From Selaginella moellendorffii (lineage: Eukaryota; Plantae; Lycopodiophyta), in the NCBI RefSeq assembly GCF_000143415.4, contig NW_003314283.1:1416330-1480329 (forward strand): DNA of 64,000 bases. Direction: 5' to 3'. Positions 22,331 through 35,196 of this stretch are shown here, in pieces (within the stretch, counting starts at the first letter, position 1; every line of letters starts with the position of its first letter). The notes beneath the pieces were generated by a model, which made no database searches, was not told the origin of the DNA, and saw nothing but the letters and a program-made list of their open reading frames with translations. The translations under genes were made by a program, and so were the position numbers.

Positions 22331-23830
22331 CCCATGACCGACACCCCAAGGTACCACCAACATATCAGGCCGTTACGCTAAGGCCATGCCCCTTTACCTT
22401 GGTCACACCGGTGGTCTAACACCACCTGCATCACAGTCCCATCTCTCAAGGACTGGGCCATCCGTCCATGAGTGATCATTCCAGATCCACTCCTTTGCAT
22501 CCTTAGGATGCCCACAGACATGGGGAATAGCCTTCCCCAATATCCCTTTTCCGGTCTTCACCAAGTCCCTTTCTGCCCATGGCCGTGCTCGCCAACACTG
22601 CCACTAGATCAAGGCCCACAGGCCTGACCACTAAGTCCCATAGGCCTGACCACTAAGTCCCACAAGCTTGACCACTAAGTCCCACGGTCCTCTAGGACTC
22701 CCTCACCACTCGACTGTATCCTTAGTCACTACACCAGAGGACTACTCCTCTTCCTTTCCACAGTCTGGGCCTTTGGGACAACATTTCGGAACACCGTGGC
22801 CCTACGCGGGCCTCATGGGTACTCTCCCCGCCTTCCGCCTTTGGGTGCTATAGCCATGGGCTTAGAGCGAGGTTCCATTGAGCCACACCAGGTATCCAAG
22901 TAGGTAGTGCCACCCACACTTGGACTGGGAGCATCGGTCAGTCGATCTCCCGGGGGAACTAGAGCCGACTCTTGAACACTTCACCAAGCTACCCCGCTTG
23001 TTGGTCCGTATTCACTCTAGTCTTGGACTTCCCAGTGGTCAGTTCATCACCCAACACTGGGTATGGCCTTCCTGGGCCAAATTGGCCTTTCCTAGCCAAA
23101 CTGGCTCCACTGGGCTCCAACCCCCCACACTCTCCCTACTATACTTTTGGAACCCCCTGTAGCCCACCCACCCCCCCCCCCTTGGGGGATGATCGCTTTG
23201 GGCTTTCACCCAACTGCCTGTATTAGTATTCGGACTCGGACTCGGGCTCGAACTCGGACTCGGACTCGGTCTCGGTCCCAGTTTCGGACTCAAACTCGGT
23301 CTCGGTTTCGATCTCAGTTCCATCTCGGACTCTATCTCGGACTCCATTTCGGGTCCATCTTGGGTCCATCTCGGACTCCATCTCAGACTCCATCTCGAAC
23401 TCCATCTCGGGTCCATCTCAGACTCCATCTCGGACTCCATTTCGGGTCCATCTAGGGTCCATCTCAGACTCCATCTCGGGTCCATCTCGGGTCCATCTCG
23501 GACTCCATCTCGGGTCCATCTTGGACTCCATCTCGGACTCCATCTCGAACTCCATCTCGGGTCCATCTCGGGTCCATCTCAGGTCCCATCTCGGACACTT
23601 CCACGTGTCATGTGTTTGGTCCTTTTGGGTCCCTTTTTGGAGCCTCGGTTATTGCTCACTTCGTGCTCATTCCTCGAGCACTTCGTTAGGAGTTCCACTC
23701 CCACTCTTGACCTTTTCAAGTCGGAGCTTTTTAGTCCAAACGTGTTACGCTCGTTTGGTTTTCGCTTCGGCCTCCACCACATGGCACCCTTTCGGCTCCA
23801 CTTTAGGGCCTAGGGATTTTGTGTCTCACA
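22154..23830 (-). repeat. 5' LTR of the nested element (~1.68 kb)
   Basis: Matches 5666-6286 plus 16649-17653. Contains a 12-bp CCATCTCGGACT tandem array at ~23230-23600. Confidence 0.92.
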
Positions 23831-23835
23831 CCAGT

Positions 23836-24095
23836 GTTCCACGTGAACTTACTCAAGCCGTACTTTGAGGATCCGCTTCGCAAGGACCAAAAGACTCTTA
23901 CCTGAGGTTATCCAAGGGGAAGAGGAATACGAAGTCGAGGCCATCCTCAATGCGTGCAAGAGCAAGCGATAAGGACGCGAGGTGAGAAAGTTCCATGTGA
24001 AGTGGAAAGGATTTCCACATTGCGAGGCAACATGGGAACCAAAGGAGAACCTAGCGAACACGCGAGATCTAGTGGAGGAATTTCTACAAGGCAAA
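23836..24095 (+). pseudogene. Integrase C-terminus and chromodomain of the outer Gypsy element
   Basis: VFHVNLLKPY, then EEEYEVEAIL...FHVKWKGFPHCEATWEPKENL. Continues the frame broken at 5665. Confidence 0.9.
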
Positions 24096-24526
24096 ACTCT
24101 ATGTACTTATGCAAAGTTTGATTAAAGTATCGATTTGTGAAGTTGAGCAATAGCATATGTTAAGACCCAAAGGCACGCCAAAAGTAAGCTAATTAGCATA
24201 GGTTAGCTAGGTTGACCAGGCATAGAGAACTACGCTTGACTCCCCGCGGGGATGTCGAATCCATAAACGTATTCTACGGAGGTTGGGTTCGAGTCCCAAC
24301 CCCCTAGTAAAGCAAGGCTGGGTTCAAGTCCCGACCCCATACTAGGGCGTGGTGAGGTGAGGGGTATAGGGACACTTATATTCCGTTGTCATGGGCTTTT
24401 GGCCAGGGAAGCTAACTTAGGCACACCGCTAAGTGGGGGGATGCCCCCAGAGACATAGTCAACAAGTCGTAGGATAAAAAGAGACGTTCGATGTGGGCAT
24501 TGAACTTCTTCTATGGGTGGTGGAGT

Positions 24527-25660
24527 TATAAGGAACCAACTCCCTGAGGTGTTGTAGGCTAAAGGATCCCCGAAAGCATGACCAAAATGACAAAGAGTTC
24601 ATCGAATGGGACCGAGTCTGAGATCGAGTCCAAGACCGACTTTGAGACTGAGTTCGAGATAGAGTCCAAAATTAAGTCCCACGCCGACTCGGAGACCAAG
24701 TTCGAGACGGAGTCCGAGATCCGAGATTGGGTCTGAGACCGAGTCTGAGGTCGAGTCCAAAGTCGAGTATGAGATCGGGTCCAAGATCAAGTCCGAGATC
24801 GAGTCCGAGACTGAATCCGAAGTCGGGTTCGAGATTGAGTCCGAGATTGAGTCCAAGACCAAGTCCGAGTACTAATACAAGTCAAGGGGTGAAAGCCCAA
24901 AGCGTGTGTCTCCTAGAGGGGGGGGGTTGCAGAGGGTTCCAAAAGTATAGTAGGGATAGTGAGGTCCAGGAACCAGTCTTAAAGGAACTCTCTAGTGGTA
25001 CTTCCAAACTGACTTGAGGTTGAGACTGGGGCCGAGGGGCCTTGGGTGGGAGCGAGCATGGACTTAGGTGGTGCCGAAAGGGCCACCCCAGAAAGTGCTC
25101 AAGAGCAGCTCCCATTCCCGAAAGGGAAACCGACTGCGGTGTTCCCGGCTCATGTGGAGTGGTGCCCCATTTGAGTACTTTGCGGCTCATCGGTCCTCGC
25201 CCTTCCTAGGGGCTTGGGCTTTCCCTTTAGGATGGAGGTGGGGGGTAGAGGTACCCATACCAGGCTGTTAAGCCACGATGTTTCACCCTGGCTTCCTGAA
25301 GCAAATGTTGCATCCAAAACTTGGGATTTAGAGGGTCCCATGATCAAATTTTGTGGTACCAAGGGATGTTAAGAACCTGGAGGTTTGGTGTGATTGGCTG
25401 CTTGTGCTTGCGAGGAGTGTAGTCGAACCTTAAGTCCAGTCTAACCCAGGAAGGGGGATTGGGAGAGATTTGGGAATTTGTGGATAGATGGCTAACACTC
25501 TATTGCTCGTGCAGTGAATAGTTGAAACCAAGTAGGACTAAATAGGAGCTGATACCATAGATGGGAACCTTGGCGACGGAACTTAGCAAAAACTAAGGTA
25601 GTGTTGGACAGATAGACAAGGTAAACTGGCAAATTGGAAAGGAAAAATTTTTGGCTTACA
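24527..25660 (+). repeat. 3' LTR of outer Gypsy element
   Basis: Follows PPT GGGTGGTGGAGT (24515-24526). Ends TTGGCTTACA. Visibly diverged from the 5' LTR. Confidence 0.9.
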
Positions 25661-28600
25661 GAGAAAACCTTGCATATCTTCCATCATTCCGAGAGGACGG
25701 GATGATGTAAGGTTTAGTGTATGGCTATGATGTCATACACTAATATTAGCATAGTTTGATTTTAGTAGCAGTTGGATTGGTTTTAATTCGGATCACTCAT
25801 TCCTGTATATAAGCTAGAGTTTTTGGGCTAATTGATATGCACATTTCTGTATTCTCCTTTCATATTCCATACACTCAAAATATATAAAATTTAAATCAGT
25901 TTTAAATAGAAGAATTAGTTTTGTGTGAAAGCAAGTGTCTTAATATTATATTATAAAATAATTTCTGTATTTTCTTGTACTCATTCGAAAAAAATACTAA
26001 AAATTCTTTTATTTTTTCTCTAAACTCATGATTATATAATAAATATATATTATTGTTTTAAAGTTTTACTATCTATAAAAAATTAGTAAACACATGTCAT
26101 GACTTATAATTTCTTACCATTTTATTAATTAGTAATAATAAAAAATTTAGAATGAATTTTTTCATTATTTTAAAAGTTTTTTTTAAAAGAAAAAAGTAAT
26201 ATTTAAAATTAATAAAAGAGAATAGTGTTTAAAGGAAATTTCTACTCCTAATATAAAGGGTAGGCATTTTGTATCAAAACATGTTTTAGGGTTTATTTTG
26301 GAGTATTGCGGTAGTGATGATTGTTTCGGGGTGGCAGGTGGTTCTTCAATGCCAAGCACATAGAGATGTCCCATCCTGTTTGAAAGTGCAAAATGATATT
26401 TATGTTGAATGAGGTGTTGCAATTTACAAATCATAGTTAATAGTTAAATTGTGTATTTTGTTTTAAAACATAAATTTTATTTTTATATATTGGAGGAGTT
26501 TGTTAATCTAGATTAAGACCTTGACTAAAGAGAAATAATTGATTCAGGAAGTTAAATCTTACTATTAAGTATTGGCCGAGGAAAATATTTCAAAGCCTAT
26601 TTTTCGTTAATAAAAATTTGGTAAAGGCATTCTTTGGGTCGCATATCAATGTAAATTTTAGTGCTAATGTAATGTTTTTCTTAGTTATAGTATTAAGTTC
26701 ATGATTATAATATTTTTTGTATTAAAGATTTATTTTTAATCTAAAATCAATAAGTCTATTATAAAGATAATTTTATGCTAAAGTGGTGCATATATATATG
26801 ATAAAAAATCAGAAATTAAAATTGCAATAAATCTATTTCATAATGTTTAGGATATTTGTTTTTTCTTATTTATGAAAATCTTTGATAATATGGATATGTA
26901 TTTTCAGAATAAAATCTAATAATTTTTTTATATTTGAATAAAAATGAGTTGAAGTTTTTATATAAACTGTAAAATCTTTTATTATCTTACAGACTTTAAT
27001 GTACTTTGGTAGCATACTTCTACCCAATCAAAATATTTTTAAATTAGAAGTTATTTAAAAATTTCATAGTATTTAAAATTAATATATATAATTTAACCAC
27101 TCCATAAAATCATATTTGGATTTTAAATGTTTATAAAGTACCAAATTTACATTACTTTAAATTTAAAATATTAATTGCATAAAAATTATAGTTTCATTTA
27201 AAAGGTTTAATATAACTAGTTTTGATATATATAAAAATCTTTATATTTGATTATGTGTGTAGCATTTTTTTGCATAAATTCTTTTTGCCATAATAGTGAT
27301 ATCTAAACGTTGAGAATTACTGATGTTTTTTAGATAAATATTTTCAATTTAATTTTGAAGTGTTTACTTTTTTACTGTTAGGATTTAGTTGCTTTAGTGA
27401 AATCCATTTAAGAATTTCATTTGAGTCTAAACTCATATGACTGCATATTTTGCATACATGGTTTGATATAGTTAAATATCTATATAGCTTAATTTACTTT
27501 TTTTGTACGGAAATTACTCTTTTAAGTACTCTTCATTACTTTAATATATATAGAAGTTTTATTTGGTTTGGCATTGTCATTTATGTTATTATTCAAAATT
27601 AAAAATAATAAATTTAAAATTTTTTAGTAACTAACAAAATTTAAATTAATATAAAATTAAGATAATGGTCATATTTGTTTTCTAGAATATCTATTTATGG
27701 ATAAATATTATAAAATTGTTTATATAGCATCATGAAAATAATCTAAATAATTAAAAAAACATTATACCTTCTTTGAAAGAAATAATTTATTATTTTAATT
27801 ATAAATTCTGAATATTATTATTCCTATATTATGTTTTATAATAATTTCCTTTACCACTGTTACATATTGAAAAACTATTAAAGAGTAATTATAACTCATT
27901 TTAAGCAATCCTAATAATTCATAACTAAAATAATATTAATTTAATATTTTATTTTTATCTTTTTGGTTTGTTTAAGCAAATCTATAGGGGGACTAAATAT
28001 ATCTAGAATATGCTTGGATATTCTATCTTCCAATGGTGGTTAATTAATTTCATAATTTGGTTATAATTTATAAACTTTTCTAACCACTTTGTGTCATCAT
28101 GAGCATGTGTGGTTTTTGGAGCATGAGCCAAAGACACCATATAATGTACAGTGCATTGGTTGGGTTTTATGTCAAGAATGGCAATTGCAAAGGAGCTCTC
28201 AAAGTTCCATTGCTGAGGTCCTCAATCCAGCCACCACCATGAAGCAGAGAATCTGGACCTCCAGGGGTGGATGGACAAGGCAGCCAGTGATCCACATGAA
28301 GGGAAGAATGAAAAAGAGGAGGACCGCTCATAGGGGGCTCCCAGCCTCAATTGCGACACATGAAGTATTAAAACCAGCTCAAGGATTTGAGCAGGACCCC
28401 TTCGAGATCAATCACGATGCTATTGTCATTCCCAGCCGCTGCATTCTCCATTGGCTCCAATGGATTGCTCTTGTACCTGGGAAGTGTCAAGAAAAACATA
28501 TTTGGATTAGTGAATTGATTAAAGATTGCCTCTCCTTAGAGGTTTGAGCTGAGAGCCACGATCCAGGATCAGAAACCCACCACAGCAGTATTGATTGATT

Positions 28601-30919
28601 GCCTGGAATCAATCAATCAACCTAGAACGCATCCATGGATGGAGCTTAGATCTTCCTCCGTATGGCCCTATTATGTGAGTGGGCAGTGGGTAGAAAACAA
28701 AGATCACCGGAGGAGGGAGAGTCTTTTCAAAGAGGAGTTGTTGGAGGAAATTGAGGCTCAATTGATGGACAATGACTGAACCTTGAGTTTTGGAGGAAAC
28801 CATGACATAAACATTGGGCTTTGACTTGGATGCATGAGTCCATGCAAATGACAATCTTTCTATTCCTATTCCTTCCTCTTTTTTAAAGTGATAGACAGAG
28901 GGAGATTGTAGCAGCCAAAGAGTGCAGTCAGGCTGCTTCTAGCTTCAGCTTGGACGATGATGAGAAGTATCTGGTGAGGATGTTTACAATAAGGAGAGTT
29001 AGTGCATGAAAAGGTTGAAAAGGTTGAAAAAGTTTGTCACCTACAGAATTGGTTTATTGTCTACCCTAAGTTTGGCAAGTTGACGGACAACAAAAGCACC
29101 ATAGCAAATTGATTTAATAGATTTACATGTATGCAAGAAGTAAGAACACAAAAACATGAGGATTTATATTTTAATAAATATAAATCATATATACATGAAC
29201 AACCCCCACATATAGCAATATTGCATACAAATGATAAATCAGAAATAGTAGAACATTTAAAAACAGAAACAATGGCAATGTCATATGTATCACTAGAAAA
29301 AAAAATTAAAAATTACAGATAATAAATTTACAAAGAAAACCTGGAACAAATATACAAATATTCATAAAACAACTACAAAAATATATACAGAATATAGATA
29401 TAAAAAACCAGTAATAATTACAGGAGATTTTAATATTGACTACCAAAAAGAAGAAGCAAAACCACTTCAAACAACAACAGAGAAAGAAGGATACATACAA
29501 AAAATAAAACACAATACATGTAATAATGAATTAATAGAGCATATATGGATAAAATATATAATATATATAAAAGCAGGAATAGCACCTGCATATTGGACAG
29601 ATTATAACAAACTATATATCCTAATAAAAAATATTTAAAAACAAAAGTAAATCAAGCATTGCTGCAATGCAACGCACAGCAATTTTATTTGTTAATATAC
29701 CTTCTATAAAGTTTTGAATACTACTTAAATGAGAACAAAATAGGGGAGTTGTATTCATATACAAAATTATTGATAATTAGTATTTTAAGAAATTAAATTC
29801 TTAAGTAGGCAAAGAAATGGTGGAGAAGTTTATATCTATTTTATTTATGTTATGGATATAAATCCTTTAAGGTTTTTGAATTCAAATGATAACAAAAACC
29901 TAATCTTTATAACTAAATGTGACAAATTTTTTAAACTTTAGAATAATTTTGCATTTATAATATAAAAATTAAATCAGATAAATTTTTCTACATTTATTCA
30001 TTTGAGTCTTGATTGTATTTAAATGATGATGAATGTGAAATCTCTCTAAGGGAGGTAATTTGTTTTTCAAAATATTTAACAATTTATATAAATGCCATCT
30101 TTTTTCTTTTGTGAGAAAATGTATGATATAGTGGTAAAATGTTATTAAATTTGTGTTCATGTATTTTTTTGTTTTAGAATATTTTTGTATAAACATTTAT
30201 AAGGTATTTTTAATGTTATTTCAGATATTGTTTTAATGCATTTCTCCCATTACAGTTAAAACGTTAAAAAGCTAGTTGAGGGAGGCATATCAACTATGTG
30301 AGTTCTTGTTAAGCTTTCCATCAACCTAAACTGCAATATGGACTGTAGCAGTGGGCACAACTGAACACCATCGAGATAAACTGTTTGCACAAGAATGCCA
30401 TCACCAATTGCCTTAAGCACTGTGTCCATCTTAAGAAGTGGATTTGAGCCATTCAGGCTGTTGATGCAGTCAATGATGATCCCCTTGAGCTCAGGTGAGT
30501 ACCCAACAACGTTCCGAATCATTTGGTCATATTCTTTTGACACCAAGACCCACTTCTTTACTTGTCCACCCCTCACCAGCTCCTGCCACTGTTCAAACGA
30601 CCTTACACTCCTCCGTTGTAAAACTTCACAACAGCATCCCATGAGTCCCTTGTGCCCTCATGTCAAGGAATATATGCCGATCTCAGCACTTCTTCATGCT
30701 CGCATTTGTCTGGAATACCCTCTGCCTTTGAGAAAACTATGCCAGTTAGAGGCATACATCGAAGACCATTGACAGAATCTCCAGGAAGCTTAGACGATTC
30801 CACCAAACGCTATGTCAAACTAAACCCTAAACCTTTCTTCTTTCTCCTTTTAAGCTATAGTTATCGGACAACTTTTATCGAATTTTAAAAATTGGGCGGG
30901 ACTGTGGAATTTAGGGCAA

Positions 30920-32345
30920 ATGGCAGACGAGGAGGAAGCCGCGGCGCCACCGTCGCCGCCACCGCCCCGCCAGGGCATCACTGTTGCCTCTTCTCCCGCT
31001 CTCGCGCGCCGCCCGTCCCAGCGCGGCGTCCTCATGGCAATGCAGCAGCGCAGCCGGAACGCGGCTCTCACGGGATTGCTCCAGGCTAGGGTAATGTGGT
31101 CGGTCATCAATCTCCCCACTGGCGTGATCCGCCGGAGCTCCAGCCTCGTCCACAATGCCGTGGGATTGGCTGAGGGCGCACTGGGCGCGCTGAGCGATCT
31201 CGCCAAGAACACCGGCGCCACTGGCGGATTCGTGGTCCAGCAGGCGATCCAGGGCGGCCGCCTCCTCCTCGATGCCGGCGGCATCGGCCGCGGCCAGTCG
31301 CGAGCGCCGCCGGTGCGCAGGACCTTCGCCGGCTCCATGGAAGCCATGACGTTCGTGCGCAACTTCGACATGGAATTCGGCCATGGCCGACCGGATTTCG
31401 AGAAGTCGAGCTTCGTGGAGGCGGTGTCCCGGGCCGTCCAGGATTACAAGCTCATGTTTGCGTACCTCCACTCATCCGAGAACGCGGGATCTCTCGAGTT
31501 TTGCCGGAGAACTCTGTGCTCGCAGGAGGTGGTGGAGTTTGTCAACGCCAACTTTGTGTCGTGGGGAGCGGACGTCCGGAGCAGCGAAGGCTTCCAGATG
31601 AGCATAAGCTTGCGAGCTCCTGGTTTTCCTTTTTGCGCTGTCGTTGGAGCGTCCTCGCCACAGCATTTGTTGGTGTTGCAACAGGCAGGTACTTGGCTCG
31701 CTTTTTCCACGCTTTCTTTTTTTTTTTTTTTCGTCCTGATTCTTTGTGATATTTTTCCCTGGCCAACTTTTGCTTTGTGTTCTTTGTTGGTCTTCTTCCC
31801 TTTGTCTGACGCCTAGCTTTTTCTCCTCTGTTTTATTGTTCTTCCCCTTGGCTTGGCTGGCTGGTTTTTCATGTTATTTTTCTCATGTGTTTCCTTTTTC
31901 AAAGGTGAATGGTCAAATGTCTGGGCTGGAGCTGATTTCCACGCTGCGACGAGTCCTAAAACAGCACGGTGGAGCCCTCTCGGTTGCACGATCTGAGCAA
32001 GCCGAGATTGCAAAGTACCGGCGTTTACGTGATGCAGCAGCGAATCAGGCCTTGTTGGTCCAAGTAAGATATACAATTCCTTCTTTCTGTCCTTGTCTCG
32101 TTCTTTTCTTCCTTTCTCATGGAGAGATAGAAACAAAAGAGAAAAAGATGATATCTTCGCTATCTTAGTATTATATGTCTCGGCACTTCTCACCTCGTTG
32201 CTCCTGCTCGTGGTTGGAACAGGCGCGGTCACCGCAGCAGAGGGTCCACGACAAGAAAGCCAGTGATTCCGAGGAGAGCAACAACAAGAAGAAGAGCGTG
32301 GCTCCTGCACCGAGGCGGCGGAAATGGTTCTTTCTCAAGAGCTGA
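30920..32345 (+). CDS. UAS (thioredoxin-like) domain protein, PUX10/FAF2-like, with no UBX domain visible
   Basis: FVRNFDMEFG..RPDF...LMFAYLHS...FCRRTLC...FVNANFVSWGADVRSSEGFQMS. Exons approx 30920-31685, 31905-32063, 32223-32345 (stop TGA). Confidence 0.75.
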
Positions 32346-34314
32346 GGCAAGCTTCGATCAAGGTGAGAGTTTGTTCGCATGGTTAGAAACTAAGTTTGTT
32401 TTCTCTCTCGGTGTTTCTACCGCTGCAGTGATCATGCGTCGGGTAAAAGAATGTCCGGCTCCAATTGGGGCGCGATTAAAGAAAGGCCGGTCAAACAAGC
32501 AAGCACAGCTAAGCTCGATTGATTTGAGCGGGCGAGCGAGCAAGGGAACAAAAAAAAAAGGAAAAGGTTGTAAGTTGCTCGCTAAAAGCTGGGTCGAGTT
32601 GGTTGCTCGAGAACTTAACTCGCACTGAATTTGGATCTCGTCGCAACTGCCAATGAAGAACACATGCGCTGAATTGATTGGACGATTCTTCTCTCGTCTC
32701 GCAACTTTCTCCGCATTATAGAGAGATGTACGCTTTGGAGCTAATGCTGGTACGGCCGTCGCCTAGTTGCCCCAGCCACGGCCGTATGGTTCTATCTCCA
32801 CGCACAGTTCATTGAACGATTCAACCATTTTTTTTCTCGCTTTGGTTTTGCTTGCTTTGGACAAAGAGAAAAAGGGGATACACATTGATATCTCGGCTCA
32901 TCATCGCATCGCAGCCTCCCCCGTGGCCACTTTGACTCTGAACTCCGCCACCTTACTTGATGCCGGGGTGATCAGCGACATGCATGACGTAGCAAGCAAG
33001 CCCCTGCCACCTTTTACATTATTAAATAGAATTTCCTGGTTCATTGTCAACACAAACACCATCATCATCTTGCATAGCAATTGCAATCCCTCGTCAGGCT
33101 TGAATGGGGAGGAAGTAGAAGAAGAATGAGAAGCTTTTGCTTGTGGGCAAGAAAGAGCATCACTTTCTCTGGGAATTTGACTTTGATTTGTTGCAAGAGA
33201 GGGGGATTTCAAGGAAAGGCCTGCTACTTTCTGCTACTGTTGTTGCTGCTGCTGTTGCTGGCTGGAAGAAGAAAGAGAAAAAAGAGAAAGCAAGAAAATA
33301 AAAGGTGGTGTGCAATTAAGTAAATGGGGGACTTCCAAAAGCAGGTCTCTTTCCAGCTCATGCACTGTTGTGTTTAATCCAGACCACCATTAATCCAGAG
33401 GGTTTGGTTGGAGTACCATTTTACCACTAGATAGCCCCCCCAGCCCCCCTTTCTGAAGCAAGTTACCACACCAGTCAACATTGTCTCTTCACTTTTGAAG
33501 TGGACTCTCCATCCATTCCATTCCACATTTCATGGGAAAAAAATCTGCAGAGAAAGGCCAGCATTTTGCTTAAGAGCAGGAGTGTGAGCATACAATTGGG
33601 CTAGTTCAATTGTTTCAATGTTGGCTATCAAACTTGGCCATGACCCTTCTCAAGTTACTTCTTCGTGGGCAACTATGTGAACTATGCCACTTTCAATTCT
33701 GCAACTCCCCCAAGAAGCTTCTATAGGGACTTAGCATTGTCACTGTGTGTCTTCACTCATGAAACTATAACCAAATTTACTACATTGCTCGAATTCCATG
33801 AATTCTAACAAGTTTCACTCCCTCTCTTGCTTGCTTGCTTATAAGTTGTAATAACTCTCTCCCATCCCACCAAACTCTGAAAGCTCTGTGGACTTTCTTT
33901 GCGTCTTGCCCTAGACAAAGCTTGGGAAAAAGTCCCATGCGCGTCCAATGTGGCCTGGCTGGCTGGCTACACAACACACACACGAGCTTTTGTCTTGGTG
34001 TTTAAGCATTAGGGCGCCATACGTGTTGGTCACGTGGCAAGTATCATGCCCACGTCACTTCTACGTGGACCAGCCAAGATTTCGAGCTCTCGTTTGAATC
34101 TCATCTCAATATATCCAAACAAACGAGCATCCATGTAAAACAAGCTTTGTAGCATATCAAGATCCAGGCTATGATCCAAAGCATGATGATATTATAGATT
34201 TCAAAGTTTTTTAGTATGGTTGGTGGTCTGGACATTTCATTTTCTTTTTGCCAAATCATGCCATGCTGCTGCTGGGATATCGATCGATCGATCGATCGAG
34301 AGGGTGTCTATCAG

Positions 34315-34345
<31 letters not shown>

Positions 34346-34442
34346 TGTGCATACAGTGAGATCTCTTCTCTCTCTCTCTCGCTCGCTCGATCGATCCATC
34401 CATCCAAAAGAAGAGGATGGTTCTAATCCAAGCTCTCGATGA

Positions 34443-35165
34443 TCAATGCACGCCATTGGAGTTCGCCCACTGCGGCCGCACGGGCGACCACTTTGGCAAC
34501 CGGGGACTGAAGTAGCTGCTCACCACCCGGGCATTGAGGAGCTCCACGATGGGCGTGAACTTGACGCAGCGCGGGGTCTTGTACTGGTTGATGGAAGCCC
34601 CGCGGCTGAGCGCGTAGTCCATGAGCTGATCGAAAGTCCCCGGCTTCACCACCTTGATCTCTAGAGGACCGATGCTTCGATCCGAGACTCTCCCCTGCCG
34701 GTAGACGCTGTCCAGCGATTCCTCGATGGCCAGGCAGCACTCCTCGAGCACGTCCTTCGGGATGGGCGAGGAGCTCCGGAGCTCCCAGAAGAGGACGTAG
34801 TGGCCGGGGATGGTGGTGGTGTCGGCGTAGCTCGTGTACTCGATGAGCCGGGCGCCGTAGCTGGACTCGATGCCCGCGGTGGCGCTGCGCACGGCCTTGG
34901 CCAGATCCTCCTCGCCCGTCTTGTCCGAGTCGATGCTCAGCACGACGTTCTTGCGGCACACGAAGGCGAATTGGGGCGCCGAGTTGTGGAAGCCCGTGAC
35001 GCGGAGGATGTCGCCCACGCGGTACCGGCACAGCCCTGTCGAATCACAGGCGTGATCATCAGCCTTGGAGGATCCCCACAAAAGAAGAGAGAAAGCAAAG
35101 GTGGTGACCAGAGTAAACTCAGCTATGGCTGCCAAGAACACACATATAGCACACCCACTGTCACG

Positions 35166-35196
<31 letters not shown>

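Larger units (their letters stand above)
5666..23830 (-). mobile_element. Nested non-autonomous LTR retroelement (LARD-like), reverse orientation
   Basis: TSD CCAGT at 5661-5665 and 23831-23835. LTRs TGTAAGCG...GTCTCACA at 5666-17653 (interrupted) and 22154-23830. Reverse PBS GCTCTGATACCA at 22139-22150, reverse PPT at 17654-17665. The 4.5-kb interior has no recognisable retroelement ORF. Confidence 0.92.
1..25660 (+). mobile_element. Ty3/Gypsy chromovirus-type LTR retrotransposon, decayed, split by a nested insertion at 5666-23830
   Basis: 5' LTR ends ...TTGGCTTACA at 1133, followed by a PBS. gag (CCHC knuckle CYNCGEVRHFSREC), protease, RT (YIDD), RNase H and integrase follow in Gypsy order. 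Chromodomain at ~23925-24090, PPT at 24515-24526, 3' LTR at 24527-25660 similar to 1-1133. Confidence 0.95.

Noticed and set aside
25661-30800. AT-rich tract with GC-richer islands (28089-28990, 30256-30780) as genes or a Helitron
   Set aside because: No recognisable motifs, termini or intact frames; probably decayed sequence.
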